Part shown: piece by piece, positions 10,329-23,474 of the stretch
Position numbering within the stretch: the first letter of the stretch is position 1
How the letters are laid out: every line of letters starts with the position of its first letter
Assembly: GCF_001194135.2 (NCBI RefSeq)
Contig: NC_068990.1
Coordinates: 57,211,079 to 57,275,078 of the forward strand
Direction of reading: 5' to 3'
DNA: 64,000 nt
Source: Octopus bimaculoides
Lineage: Eukaryota
Translations under genes and position numbers: made by a program
The notes under the pieces: generated by a model
What the model was told of the DNA's origin: nothing
Seen by the model: the letters and a program-made list of their open reading frames with translations, nothing else
Database searches by the model: none

Positions 10329-11934
10329 CTGACTGAACAAAAACCTTATATTTGTGTGGTTGTTAGTTATAGGAAAGGCATAGGAAGGCATGAACATTTT
10401 AGGAAGGCATACAAGTTTTAAAAAGTATTGCACTAACAGACAAACCCTTCCAGCTGTATATTCATGAAGGAGAATGAATGCAAAACAGTATAGAAATGTT
10501 TTGATTAAAAATATTATAGAGATTCTAATGACAACACCAAATAATTGAAAGTCTTAAGTAAAAATTTGAAAATGTCTGCAATAAGTTTTTGGTGAATTAG
10601 TTTTACCATACTTCCAAGACCATTTTCTCATTTTCAAAGCATAAAAATAAAAGAAAAATACTTGGCAAGAGTAGTCTGAAAATAACTGCTAAGGTTTACT
10701 TTATTTCCCTTCAGGGGTATCGACTTAATCAATCAAACCCTATAATAAGTCATTTCTAAAAGTTAAATCATAACTTTCTATGACTTCAAAACCATATCCC
10801 CAAGTCAAAAACGAGAGGGGAAAAAATAATGTGAACATATGAAAGCTTTATCATCTCTAATTGAAGTGTATGAAACTCTTTTGAACTGGAGGCTAAAATT
10901 GAGATTGAACTGTTCACCTTAATTTATAAGTTTAGATATATGCTCATAGTAAATTCATATTATGTTCAATATATGATAAAATTCCAACATACGCGAAGAG
11001 TAATTGGCGAGCTAGGTTAATTAATATCAATCTGAAGTCATCCAATGGCCAGAAGAATGTTTTCTAATTCATCCTGAAGCTTTCGTCCAGATTTCATATT
11101 GCAATACCTGTTTAGATAACAAAAGATGAATTTCATTCCATAATTATTGCATTTAGTCAGAAAAGGTATGTCTTCATTAGGCTATTTTCGTTGCTAATTA
11201 ATTTGAAAGGCTTCGTAAAATATTAGGAAGAATATTTCATAAATTGGATGTTTTCCTTCTGAGAAAATTAATCTGAATTTAAGGTTTGTGTGGTGACTGG
11301 GTAGTGGTAGAGGAGTAATCTAAAGGATATTAGTTCAAAATCTGCAATAGATAAAGAATTGAAATCATAATGGTACTTCTTTAGCCTCAATCAATTTAAC
11401 AGTTCTTAACTCATTTTATTGTAAAGTGGCTATTTGGAAAAGAATCCAAGTTTTCAGAGCCATTTCACTCTTGGTTAGTAGGGCAAAACAAACATTATGA
11501 GTGTGTGTCTGTGTGTATGTATTAGAGAGAGGGGGAGAGAGAAGAGGTAGAAGAGGTGATAGGGAAAGAGTGAGAAAGAGAGAGAAAGGAAGATAGAGAG
11601 AGAAAGAGAAATAGTTTGAGAGGATATGAACAATATGTGTGTGAGAGAGGGAGGGAGAGGAGGTGGAAGAGGTTAGAAGGAGGGAGAGTTAGAAGGAGAG
11701 AGAGAAAGAGAGAAATAGTTTGAGAGGATATGAACAGTATGTATGTGTGTGTGTGTGCAAGACTTGCTGATATTACATCATACAGTATTGATGAAACATG
11801 AAGAAGCCATGCACATATTAACAATATTCATTGTATTTGAATACAAAACCTTTTTGCATTTGAAATGAATTTTAAAAAATGACTTTGAAGATTATATCTT
11901 TAATCCTTTATCTTTTTACTTGTTTCAAACATCT

Positions 11935-12088
11935 GACTGTGGCCATGCCAGTTTAGTCAAGCAAAATGGTTCTGGGTTCAGTCCCACTGCATGGCACCTT
12001 GGGCAAGTGTCTTCTACTATAGCATCGGGCCCCAACCAAAGCCTTCTGAGTGGATTTGGTAGATGGAAACAAAAAGAAGCCTGTTGTA

Positions 12089-12138
<50 letters not shown>

Positions 12139-12375
12139 CGTGTGCGTCTGTGTGTGTATATGTTTGTGCTTCTGTGTTTGTCCTCCCCCACCAACATCGC
12201 TTGACAACCGATCCTGGTGCATTTATGTCCCCGTAACTTAGCAGTTTGTCATAAGAGACCAACAAAGTAAGTACTAGGCTTACAAAGAATAAGTCCAAGG
12301 GTCGATCCGCTTGACTAAAGGTGGTGCTCTAGCGTGGCCACAGTCAAAATGAGTGAAACAAGTAAAAGAATAAAA
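11935..12375 (+). mobile_element. tRNA-headed SINE, family B
   Basis: GGTTCAGTCCCACTGCATGGCACCTTGGGCAAGTGTC head, central (AT)/(GT) microsatellite, tail ...CAGTCAAAATGAGTGAAACAAGTAAAAGA. Further copies at ~23705, 28240, 33810, 39238, 48990(-), 50620(-), 52430(-), 57230(-), 63770. Confidence 0.85.
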
Positions 12376-12404
12376 GAATATATATACATATATATATGTG
12401 TGTG

Positions 12405-12441
<37 letters not shown>

Positions 12442-13879
12442 TTTATTTAAAAGCAGCAGAAATATAACAAAAGACTGTTACTCGGAGTTTCACATTCTTA
12501 CTCCGGTATATATATACATATATATATATATCACAGACTCTCCTGTTGTAGACAGCAAATGGAGGTTCCACAATTTCTTGCTGTATGTCTTGTGCAGATG
12601 ATTAGATAATTGTCATTGACAAGGCCAAGGAATGCTAAAATCTGGCGATCTGGCAGTTCTGGTGAATGGTTCCATGGTTGCTCACTTGCAATGTAAACAT
12701 GACCTGTTTTATGCACCACAAGTCCAAACGAGAAGTTTTCTCATGGTAAACAACACAGTATTTTATGTTTTAACATGACATTCACTTTATTTGGGAGATA
12801 ATTATTACCGTTTGCTTTTGCTATTGCTTCTGTCACTATTAATTAATTATTTGTTTACAGTGATCAAATCGACATTACCTGTACAGGTGCATGATGCGGC
12901 ACATGTTCAGATGTTGAGATGAAAGCAGATCAATGTGAAATGAAGTGCTGTGCTCAAGAACGCAACACATCACTGAGCCCAGGAATCAAAGCCAAGATCA
13001 TGTGATCACAAGTGCAATACTCTAATCACTCACTGTGTGTTTTGTGTGTATATGTATTTAGGTCAGGCTTCAATTTTTGATAGATGGTTAAACTGATAAG
13101 TACACACCAAGCTGATGGCACATTTACTTTAAAAAAAAAACCCGCTAAAACACCTATTACAGATTTAGATTCCTCGTTTTAAAACAGTTTTCATCTACCT
13201 TAGTCATTTCAATTTTTGATGCTCTCCCCTACATATGCAACCTTTGTCATTCTCTATTTGAAAATAGTAGAATAGCAGAATGAAGAGCTTGAAACTAAAG
13301 AACTTACATACAATATTTAATTTTGCTTTACTTCATGGCAGTGTATATTGTACCAGCAGAAATTGTCAAAAAAAAAAAAAAAAACGGAAGAAATTAACGT
13401 NNNNNNNNNNAAAAAAAAAAAAAACGGAAGAAATTAACGTGTACTGGTGAGCAAGCTAAGAAAATGACTTCATCTGGGTATGCTTTGGAAGGTAATAGCG
13501 AGGATCATGATGAAGAATTTGAATTCTAAAACAGTCAAGACTTTTACCCAAAATCTCTAATTCCTTCACAAGGTTCAAATGTGGTAGAAAGACTTGTCAA
13601 GAATTTTATTTCAGTTTTTACTTCACTATTTAACAAACAGGAATTCAAGATTTTGTCTTGTTACTCATGAAATGCTTTATCTAAACCAACAGAAAGAATT
13701 ATATTGTGAGAAATAGCTACAGATAAATAACTGCTTTGAACTATATACATATACATACTCCAATATAAAATTCCATTTTGAAGTGAAGGATAAAACAAAA
13801 AAAAACAATTGGAAACTTTTGCAGAAATATTATTATTATTATTATTATCATTATTATTATTATTATTATTATTATCGAT

Positions 13880-14605
13880 GAAGATCAGCTAACCAGTCTG
13901 TTTCAGGCCTGGGCCTATGGATAACTTCCAGAAATCCCTTGCCTGGCAGTGCTACCGAGGAGCGCTGCCTGTATGGGATAAACTTTACAGGTGCACTCAG
14001 AACGATGAAACCGTTCTGCACACTCTAGTCCAGTGCCTGAGTATTGCTGACCTGTGGGCTTATGTTGAACACCTGCTGTCATGTGTAGGACGGATCCGGC
14101 TATCAGCTGAATCCATTGTGAAGGTTGCCCCGGTGCCCTCTTTTGGCTGGGAGGGGCAGGCAATTTTCTATTTGTTTAGTAGCAAAAGAGGTTGTATAGT
14201 GGACCTGTTTCAAAGGGCTAAAAACAGACACTTGCCTTTTTGACCAAACCCTCATCAACTTTTTCAAGTTTCACTTGAAAAGGGAGTTTAGGGTGAAGAG
14301 GGAAGTGTTGCCTTATGGCAAGTTTGTTGAAGGGTGAATGTTGGAAGAATGGCCAGTATGAAAGGACCAATTCTGAGCATGCACTTATAAAAGGGGAATC
14401 AACGGAGAAGGGCTCTTACCCTGTTGTTCAGGCACCCATAGATTTTGTGGGGTTTTCCATGAGGACCTTAAAGTGGCTCCACTATTAGGAGTTTCAATTT
14501 GTTCAATTTTTTTATTATATTGTTTACACACTATCATCCTGTTTTTGTCTTTTATGTCATTTAATGTTTTTGTATGTGGGGCCTTGTGGCTAATAAAAGA
14601 ATGAA
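13880..14605 (+). mobile_element. Second 5'-truncated L1/Tx1 LINE 3' fragment
   Basis: ORF 13917-14243 is paralogous to 7452-7787 (LAWQCYRGALPVWDKL..NDETVLHTLVQCLSIADLW); ends CCTTGTGGCTAATAAAAGAAT; (ATT)n on both sides. Confidence 0.8.
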
Positions 14606-14635
14606 TTATTATTATGATTATTATTATTGTTATTA

Positions 14636-14860
14636 AGGTGGTGAGCAAGCAAAATCATTAGCCCATTGGGCAAAATGTTTAGTGGTATTTCATCCATTTT
14701 TACATTCTGAGTTTGAATACTGCTGAGATTGACTTTGCCTTTTATCCTTTGAATGTTAATGAAATAAGTACCAGCTGTGCACTGGAGTCGATGTAATCAA
14801 CAAATCCCCCCCCCCCAAAAAAAAATTTCAAGCCTTGTGCCTATAATAGAAAGGGCTGCT
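14636..14860 (+). mobile_element. tRNA-headed SINE, family A (decayed)
   Basis: AAGGTGGTGAGCAAGCAAAATCATTAGC...TTCTGAGTTTGAA... Further copies at ~20845(-), 22500(-), 22860(-), 31060, 45310(-), 55445(-), 56995(-), 57800(-), 58705. Confidence 0.8.
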
Positions 14861-16139
14861 ACCACTGCCTCTGCCACTGCCACCTTCATCATCATCATCA
14901 TTTTCAGTGGATCATTTCCCAGATATCTATTTACCTACTAAGGTCGGAATATTTATCTTATCTCTAAGTATTTCTTGAGTCCTTATGCATCAATGGCTAA
15001 TCTTTGCTGTAATCTGTTTACCTTATTCGTATTTCTTTATAGATTTACATTCAATTTTTTTCTACACTTACAAGTAAGAACATGTTTCAGTGGCTGGAAA
15101 CATGTTAAATTAAATAAGATAAAGAAATCTTGCTGTTTCTTCCAATAAATATATATAAAAGCAAAATTCCTTTACATGAACCCTTAAACTACTATTTTAC
15201 TATTTTGTTTGTGGACCCCTAAAATTTGAACTCCCAGGAGTAGTTATAAGGACCTGCTGAGACCAGTATTATTTGTGGAAAAGAATAAAAAGACCTACAA
15301 TGAAATATCAATAGATTTTGTAACATATTGAAGTTTTGCCTGATTTCTTTGTTGTTCTTTATTTATTACTTTAAAACATTTCCACTGTAGTTTTTTACAA
15401 GCTGTTTCACAAGTCTGGTTTAAATATACTCTAAATTTGTTGTGTGTTGCAGCATTCAACAAACATAGAATCTGTTTGTCATTTCAACAAACAATTGCAG
15501 AAATACATAGAATTCTATGACATAATGCTACAATATTTAAAATCACATTGTAGTTTTTTCTCACCATTTTCTTGGTTAATATAATACATTTTCCCCAGAG
15601 TAAGTTACTAAATGAAGAGAAATGCATGAGATGAAGGGACTTACAATAAACAGAACTAAGAGTGCTTTCCTCACATACTACTTTTTGCTAGGATAGGTTA
15701 CTAGTCTATTATAGAAAACTTCTCCAAGCTTTACTACAATTAATTTTTCTAAAGCTGGATAAACTATAGCAATGCTGGATTGAGAACCCTGTCAAGAAGC
15801 CTGATAATACACCTGCTGTAGATTTGAACTCAAGACCCATTAATCAGTTGTCTTAGAACATATACACCAGACTATTTCACACTTCACTTTCTCTACCTTT
15901 TTAAACATTCAGAAGTTTGGTTTAATTATCTGGATTTATATTTAGAATGGCTTTTGGGAAGCCATGTAAGTGTATTAGATAGGAAACTAGCAAACTCCAG
16001 TTCACTGAGAGGCTTGACTATGTGAATATTTAAATTACATCTTGCAGGAAGCTGGAAGCTAATGATGTGAACATCATTTCAAATGCTCAGTCAAGCACTA
16101 GTAAATTCATTAATTATCCTTTTTTGTTTTTGCTAAGCA

Positions 16140-17086
16140 CTTCCACTGTCCACCTTTCATTCCCAGCATACCTGTTCTCTGCCCCATCCCTTACACATTC
16201 CTCACAGCTTCTATCTTTACTGTTCACTAATCCCTCCCACTAACATCAATACCTGCACTCTACTAATTCTCCACCTCCACCACAGTTGCAAATCTCAAGT
16301 TTAATGCACCTCTTTTTCTCTCTCTTCATATTCATTACTGCTTATCCTTTTCCTTCTCACTTACTCACTCTTTATTCTTTACTTATCCTTCTCCTCGTCC
16401 TCCTCCTCCTCGTCCTCCTCCTCCTCGTCCTCCTCCTCCTTGCCATCTACCTTTTATCCATCCCCCTCCTACTTTCACTTTCATGTTCTCACATCTTCCA
16501 CCACTTCTAGCTTCTATCCTCTTTCCAACACCTTTAATTTGCATTGCACAATTTTACTTCCACACTGCACCTAACTCCTCCTTCTACTCCAAACTTTACA
16601 TACCTCCCTCGCTTCCCCTTTTCAATCTCTACTCTTCTTATACCGACACCACTTTACTCTCCTACACAATACTCCACCCCATCCACTTTCACACTCACTT
16701 TCACAACGTCATCCCCCCCTTTGCCTCTGTTTGTATACCTCCCCTCAATCACTCATATCCCCCCCCACGCTTCTTCCCCTCGCTATCAATTTTCTCTCAT
16801 CCCACCGAACTTTATTTCCATAGCTTAAACTTTCCTCCCACTCTCACTTTGCTTTTGTAAAACCACCCTCTATATTCCCTTCTTCAGCATCTCTACCTAC
16901 CCCTCTTCAATTTTATGATACATAGCAACACTTTCATTGCCCCTCCTCTTCATCAACACTCATTACCTCATCATCATCTGCATATTTTCATCAAATTCTA
17001 CTTTTCCCCCATCACATTCTGTCCCATCTGTCTCTCCATCATCTCTCTTCTGTTTCATTTATTCATATACATACATATACATATAC

Positions 17087-17121
<35 letters not shown>

Positions 17122-17539
17122 NNNNNNNNNNNNNNNNNNNNNNNNNNNNNNNNNNNNNNNNNNNNNNNNNNNNNNNNNNNNNNNNNNNNNNNNNNNNNNN
17201 NNNNNNNNNNNNNNNNNNNNNNNNNNNNNNNNNNNNNNNNNNNNNNNNNNNNNNNNNNNNNNNNNNNNNNNNNNNNNNNNNNNNNNNNNNNNNNNNNNNN
17301 NNNNNNNNNNNNNCAAACTCCTCAATCCATCTCCTTCTCTCATTTACCCACTTTCTTGCAAACTCTAATCACTTTATTTCAATTCTTCCTTAACTATTTC
17401 CCCCCTTCTCTCTCTCTTTCTCTCTCTCTCTACCCCCGTTTCTCTCTACTCCATCTCACTCCTCCCTCTCTCTCTTTTCTTCTTTCTTACTTCTCAATCT
17501 TGCAACCTTCACATCTTCTATATCACTTACTCCTCATTC

Positions 17540-17581
<42 letters not shown>

Positions 17582-18090
17582 ATACACACTTGCCCTATTT
17601 TTATTTCTCTTTCGTTCTTTCTCTTTTCTTTCTCACTTACTCCCATACTCTTTCTTTACCAGTCTCTCTTTTTTCTCCTCATTTACTCCACAGTCATACC
17701 AATAATTCTCCCATTACTCAATCTATCTCTCTTTCTCACCCTCCACTTTTTTTCTCTCTCTCTCTCTCTCTCGCCTTTTCTGTCTTTCTCTCTCTCTCTC
17801 NNNNNNNNNNCTCTCTCTCTCTCTCTCTCGCCTTTTCTGTCTTTCTCTCTCTCTCTCTCGCCTTTTCTGTCTTTCTCTCTCTCTCTCTCTTTCACTTCTC
17901 AAATTCTCTACTGCTCCATCTTCTTTATCACTCTACTGTTTCACTTCTGAATCTCTTTCTCCCTTCTCTCCCACCTCTTCCTCTTTCTCCCACTCACTCT
18001 CATCCTCTCTCCCCCTCTCTCTCGCAATCTTTCTCTCACTCCAGTCTCCTCCCCCTCTCACTCTCATCCTATACACTTTCTATCTCAGCT
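16140..18090. repeat. ~2-kb pyrimidine-rich low-complexity block with (CTC)n, (CT)n and a ~36-bp minisatellite (CTCTCTCGCCTTTTCTGTCTTT x3)
   Basis: Strong C/T strand bias; the long L/S/P-rich ORFs here are compositional. Confidence 0.9.
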
Positions 18091-19180
18091 ATCCTAACAA
18101 GGCAGTTGACATGCTCATTCCAGGATTCTTCTGCCTGCCACTGCTGTGGCCACCAATGTTGATTATGATGATAATGACATTGATGTTCCTCCTCCACCCA
18201 CCCATTTCCCAGCTGCCGTTCTGTCAGTATGCTCTGCTGGCCACACTTTGGGAAAGAATTCAGCCGTCACTATCTCTTATGTCCAGCCTGCTTTTGTTTT
18301 ATGGCATAAGGTCAAGATTTCCTTCATGGTCATTGCATTGGGTCATAAGTTCCCAGGACCTCTTTACTATCATCTCTCCCTTCCAACCCGTCCCTTGTTT
18401 CCCTTCCCTTCTTCTCCCTTTCTCACCCCCACCACATCCCGATCTAACCCACCCGCTCTCATTCCAAGGAAAAGTGAAACCAAACCAAACCAAACCAATC
18501 CAAACCCCAACACCAACACCAACCCCTACACCGACCCATAACACTCCAAAACCCACCCATTCAATCGTGCCCCCTTTTTCTTTCTTCTGATATGTATGTT
18601 TAAAGACGGAGTGATGGTGAGAGGTGACAGGATGNNNNNNNNNNNNNNNNNNNNNNNNNNNNNNNNNNNNNNNNNNNNNNNNNNNNNNNNNNNNNNNNNN
18701 NNNNNNNNNNNNNNNNNNNNNNNNNNNNNNNNNNNNNNNNNNNNNNNNNNNNNNNNNNNNNNNNNNNNNNNNNNNNNNNNNNNNNNNNNNNNNNNNNNNN
18801 NNNNNNNNNNNNNNNNNNNNNNNNNNNNNNNNNNNNNNNNNNNNNNNNNNNNNNNNNNNNNNNNNNNNNNNNNNNNNNNNNNNNNNNNNNNNNNNNNNNN
18901 NNNNNNNNNNNNNNNNNNNNNNNNNNNNNNNNNNNNNNNNNNNNNNNNNNNNNNNNNNNNNNNNNNNNNNNNNNNNNNNNNNNNNNNNNNNNNNNNNNNN
19001 NNNNNNNNNNNNNNNNNNNNNNNNNNNNNNNNNNNNNNNNNNNNNNNNNNNNNNNNNNNNNNNNNNNNNNNNNNNNNNNNNNNNNNNNNNNNNNNNNNNN
19101 NNNNNNNNNNNNNNNNNNNNNNNNNNNNNNNNNNNNNNNNNNNNNNNNNNNNNNNNNNNNNNNNNNNNNNNNNNNNNNNN

Positions 19181-19214
<34 letters not shown>

Positions 19215-20277
19215 TACATACCTATATTAATACATACACACAAAAATAAATACAACGATACACACATACATATATATGTACTTACATATAAATCTATATG
19301 CACAAACGCATACATGCCTTAATCTATACTCGCATATGCACACTATTCCAGTTCCAAATAAGTCTACTATCCTCAACACACCACCCCTGTTCCCTTCCAC
19401 TTTGATATAAGACTTAGTGAATAATACAAACACAACAATACTACTATATAACGGTACCTATGGAAACTGACTAAGGTTCATCGGGCATGATCCCAGAGGA
19501 GAGTTTGAAACTGCAGACTCTATTTTGACAGATACCAATCTGACAGTACTAAATACCAACTGACTCAAAATAGGAATTAGTTTCTTGAGTAGAATGTAAT
19601 TATGAAAGTCAATTCAATAGAAAATGGTTGTCAGAGCAGGAAAGATTATAATGGGGAAGTTGGCTGGTGCTGACGGTGGGAGAGGAAGCGAGAGCAGTTT
19701 TAGAGTAGAGGTTGTTGTTATTTGCTGTTGATGTTGGTGTTGGTGGTTGTGGTGGTGGAGGTGAATGAAGAAGGGTGGGCAAGGAATGGAACAGGGTGGT
19801 GAAAGGAGCTTTAGTAAACAAAGGGGAGAAGACTAAGAACACTAAGCAGTATTATCCAACACACCATAACTGACCACTGGGTCCCACATGTTAATGGAAA
19901 GTGGGGGGGGGCAGAAATAATAGGTTGCCATAAATATATTCTTATGCTCTTTTAATGAACTTGCTTATTTTTATCCTTTCTCTTAAGCATCCTTCATTCA
20001 ATTTATCCAGCAGCAGCAGCAGCAACATTAATCGCAACAACAACATTAATTGCAACAATGTTAACTACGACAACGACAAAGACCAAAGTAAACTACTCAG
20101 ATTAGATACACACATGCAATCAGGCATAGACATTCTCATACACACACACACTCATTCACACATATACAAATATATCCTCTCTTTCCTTTTCTCTATCTCT
20201 GTCTTATTCTCAACTCCCTTCTCCTTACTTTTCTGACTTTTTGTCTCTCTCTGCTTCCATCTGTCTGTCTGTCTGTT

Positions 20278-20308
<31 letters not shown>

Positions 20309-20758
20309 TCTCCTTTCTTGATCTGTCTATTTAAAGAGGCGCAACTACTTAAGTTGATAGTATGCTGAACTGGTAACTGAAAGGTCCAATGTTCTTATAA
20401 CATCATTGGTTATGTATTGTATCCTTATTCAAGACTCTTAAGTCTACTTTACTCTAAGTAGGTGCCAATGTAAAAAACTGTAAATCTCTCATGCCTTCGA
20501 GTGGATTATTATGGGTCTCTATTAAGAAAACATGTTTCTAGAAATTCAACAAATGAGAGCAAACATTGCCAGACAATTTAGTGTTTATTCCTAAAGGATC
20601 AGTGAATAAAATTGTGTAAAATTAAAGGTCCATTTAAAATACACAGGAAAACCCTTTCAGTAATTTCTAAGGCAAGCCTTAGCACAGATAACATTGCCAG
20701 ATGGTCTGGTATCTATTTCTAGCAGCTCAGTAATAGAATTATATGAAACTTATCCTAC

Positions 20759-20811
20759 CAGAGTAGGATGTAAAAATTCATCTCGCAAAAGCATGGACAG
20801 TTCTTGATGCC
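20759..20811 (-). CDS. Candidate exon, (R)HQELSMLLRDEFLHPTL
   Basis: gacactcag|GG CAT ... CTG|gtagga; phase 1 to 0, fits between 27303-27420 and 10209-10328. Confidence 0.3.
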
Positions 20812-21139
20812 CTGAGTGTCATATGGAAGTTATCATAAGCTAGTCTCTTCCACTACAGGCAGAAGGCCTGAAATTTGGTGGGAAGGGGCTTGTCAATTAC
20901 TTTAGCCCCATTGCTTAACTGTTACTTATTTTATCAACCCTGCAAGGATGAAAAGCAAAATTGACTTTGGCAGATTTGGGACTCAGAATGTAAAAATGGA
21001 TGAAATGCCATTAAGCATTTTATCTGGTGTGCTGGCAAATCTGCCAGCTCATCATCATCAGCTAAAGTCCTTAACAGAAGTTTCTTCCATGCTTCTGTGA
21101 AATGAAGCTTATTGTGTGGGTCCTCTGATTGGACACTCC

Positions 21140-21720
21140 CCAAACATCCAAAGGTAAGGCTTGACGGAGCTCACACACTGTGTACATGTAGAATGTTGCC
21201 TTACTGACTGCCCAATTCTCTGCAAGATTGTCACAGATCAGGAGATTAAAGAACGCATGGCATATCACCAGTTTGGGAAATTACATGGTTAGCAAATATT
21301 TTTTAAAGAATGTCTATGGAAGCTTCAGCTGTCTCACTGAACTCATATATGCCATGATGTATTAATACTGCATGTGTTCAATTCTGAGAATACTAAATTA
21401 CATAGCATGGAGCAGATAGTGATCAAGAAATCATTGTTACTGCATGCCCACTTTCTTCAAAGGAATCTGGGCCTATCACAGCAAAGTTTTCCTCAGAGCA
21501 ACATGCTATTATATGTTCACAATGTAGAAGACACTCATGAGGTTGCTGTGGATTGTTATCCAACTGATAGGGAAAGTTTTGTTTATCTATACAACCGGGC
21601 AGAAATGTGTTTTTTTCCCTTTTGAGAAAAACTGTGTCCTCTTTCTAAATTATGAACATGTTTTGTGCAAATTCTTTCCAGCTTTTCCAATCTTGTTGAT
21701 TTATTCATTGCACGATTAGA
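21140..21720 (-). mobile_element. Decayed Tc1/mariner transposase, DD37D/DD41D (maT/rosa) type
   Basis: Frameshifted minus-strand translation gives THF..GCIDKQNF, NNP...LH, VIGPDSFEESGHAVT, IFANHVISQTGDMP...SPDL, matching AHFHLxGxVNKQN / IGPxFFE / ISRxGDxxWPxRSPDL. Confidence 0.7.
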
Positions 21721-22499
21721 ATCTTGTAAAAATAAATTTAAATCAAGGGGCTATATTTTTCACATATTATGATCTGAAATAAATGCCCAGTGCAGGCCTA
21801 TACGTTGATGCAGGACAATAAGAGACTGTTCACCACAACTCACCAATGGGTTTCAATATTCTCTGATATTTAGACAGTGTGCAGATTTCTTGTTCTCTTT
21901 TCATAAGAATTCTGTGTTCAGTTCAAATACCTTTTCTTGATAGCCCACTTCAAAATGGAAAAAAATTTCACTGCATCTGAATAGCTGAATCAACTCTTTC
22001 AAAAACATTTGGATCACACCAGCCCAATGTTGCACATTCCACTACTTCATAGCCACTGAAATAGTATCATGTGTGCTACTCAACACCACTGTGTATGTTT
22101 TCCCCACCCAAGCTGCGTCAATCAAAGAGCTTCAATTTTAAAAACCATCAAATTTCTCTCCCAGATCCTGTATGATTTTTAAGAGAGCAGTAAGACCACA
22201 ACTATGTAGTAGGCTATGGTTACTGATTGAGTTAACATCCATGCTGGATTTATTTCATTCACTTAAGAAGGACGGAAGACAAAGCTTGCTTTTTTAATAA
22301 CTAAACCTAAAAAGTAATCACAATGAATTCTCTTGTATCACTAAACTAAACTATTTCAGCATTAGTCGTGGTCAATTGATAGACTCTTGCAAATTTCAAA
22401 TTCAATCCACATTTGAGTGCTGCTTGCTATCTTACTACAACACCTTTGCTCACAAAAGCACTCTGCTATACAACAGCACTTGCCTCTCTAAACCGGTTT

Positions 22500-23185
22500 C
22501 AAATGTTGGTACAGCACCAGCAATTTCAGGGGAAGGGTAAGTTGATTACATCAACCCCATTCTCCCCAGAAATCAGCAGTTACTTATTCTATTGGCCCTG
22601 ATAGGATGAAAGGTAAAGTTGACCTCAGCAGAATTTGAACTCAGAATGTAAAAATGGATGAAATGCCACAAAGCATTTTGCCTAGCATGCTGACGATTCT
22701 GCCAGCTTGCTACCTTACATGCTTCACTAAATTAGCATACACATCCACACAATCACTCTTCTCCTCTCTCTATCTCAACTGAGTCTCTTTCTATAAATCC
22801 TCAGCTCAACCCTTTGTTTAATTTGTCTTACCTAGATCCATAATTATTTCTATTTTGGTACAGGATCGGCAATTTGAGGGAGAGGTAAGTTGATAACATT
22901 GACCCCCAGAAATTAACTGGTTCTGACTTTATTGACTCCAAAAGGAAGCAAAATCAACCTCAGCAGAATTTGAACATAAAGAAGAACAAAATGCTGCTAA
23001 GCATTTTGATCAGCATACTAATTGTTCTGCCAGCTTGCTGCCTTACTCCCTTCTCTAAATTAGCATAAACATCCACCTAATTACACTCAAAACATCCATC
23101 GCTTCTCCTTTTGTTATCTCAACTGAGTCTCACTCCATAAATCCTTAACTCAACCCTTTGTTTAATTCATGTTGCTTAGATCCAC
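22500..23185. repeat. Old tandem duplication (~335 bp) of a SINE A copy plus flanking DNA
   Basis: CTAAATTAGCATA.ACATCCAC...TATCTCAACTGAGTCTC...CTCAACCCTTTGTTTAATT...TAGATCCA at ~22725-22840 and ~23055-23184, each preceded by a minus-strand SINE A. Confidence 0.8.
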
Positions 23186-23253
23186 AATCCTTTCGATTGC
23201 CATTCTTAACTCAGCAGATACTTTCCCAGGAGAATCCAACTACAGAAATTCAG

Positions 23254-23474
23254 TTAACTCTTTAGCATTTAGCCATGTTCAGCCAAAATATTCTACCTGT
23301 TTTAAGTTCAAACTGGCACAAATTCAGATTTTTACATCTACACTGCAATGTCATTCAAGATATAAACAATCACATCTTTGAAATCCTAAGGCTACAAGAT
23401 AATACAGAATTAATTTTTTTTAAATGTCAATAAATAAGCATTACATTTAACAGAGTAATCTGAATGCTAAATGG
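23254..23474. mobile_element. piggyBac-type MITE (TTAA..CCCTTTAGCATT termini), decayed
   Basis: TTAACTCTTTAGCATTT ... GAATGCTAAATGG; better copies at 37191-37405 and 62090-62298. Confidence 0.7.

Noticed and set aside
11040-11345. Strong minus-strand acceptors giving short terminal peptides (YCNMKSGRKLQDELENILLAIG*, FELISFRLLLYHYPVTTQTLNSD*)
   Set aside because: Could be alternative last exons, but they cannot be distinguished from chance without transcript data.
18111-18590. Overlapping 131-159 aa ORFs
   Set aside because: Open because of low-complexity C/T-rich and pentamer repeats; no recognisable motif.
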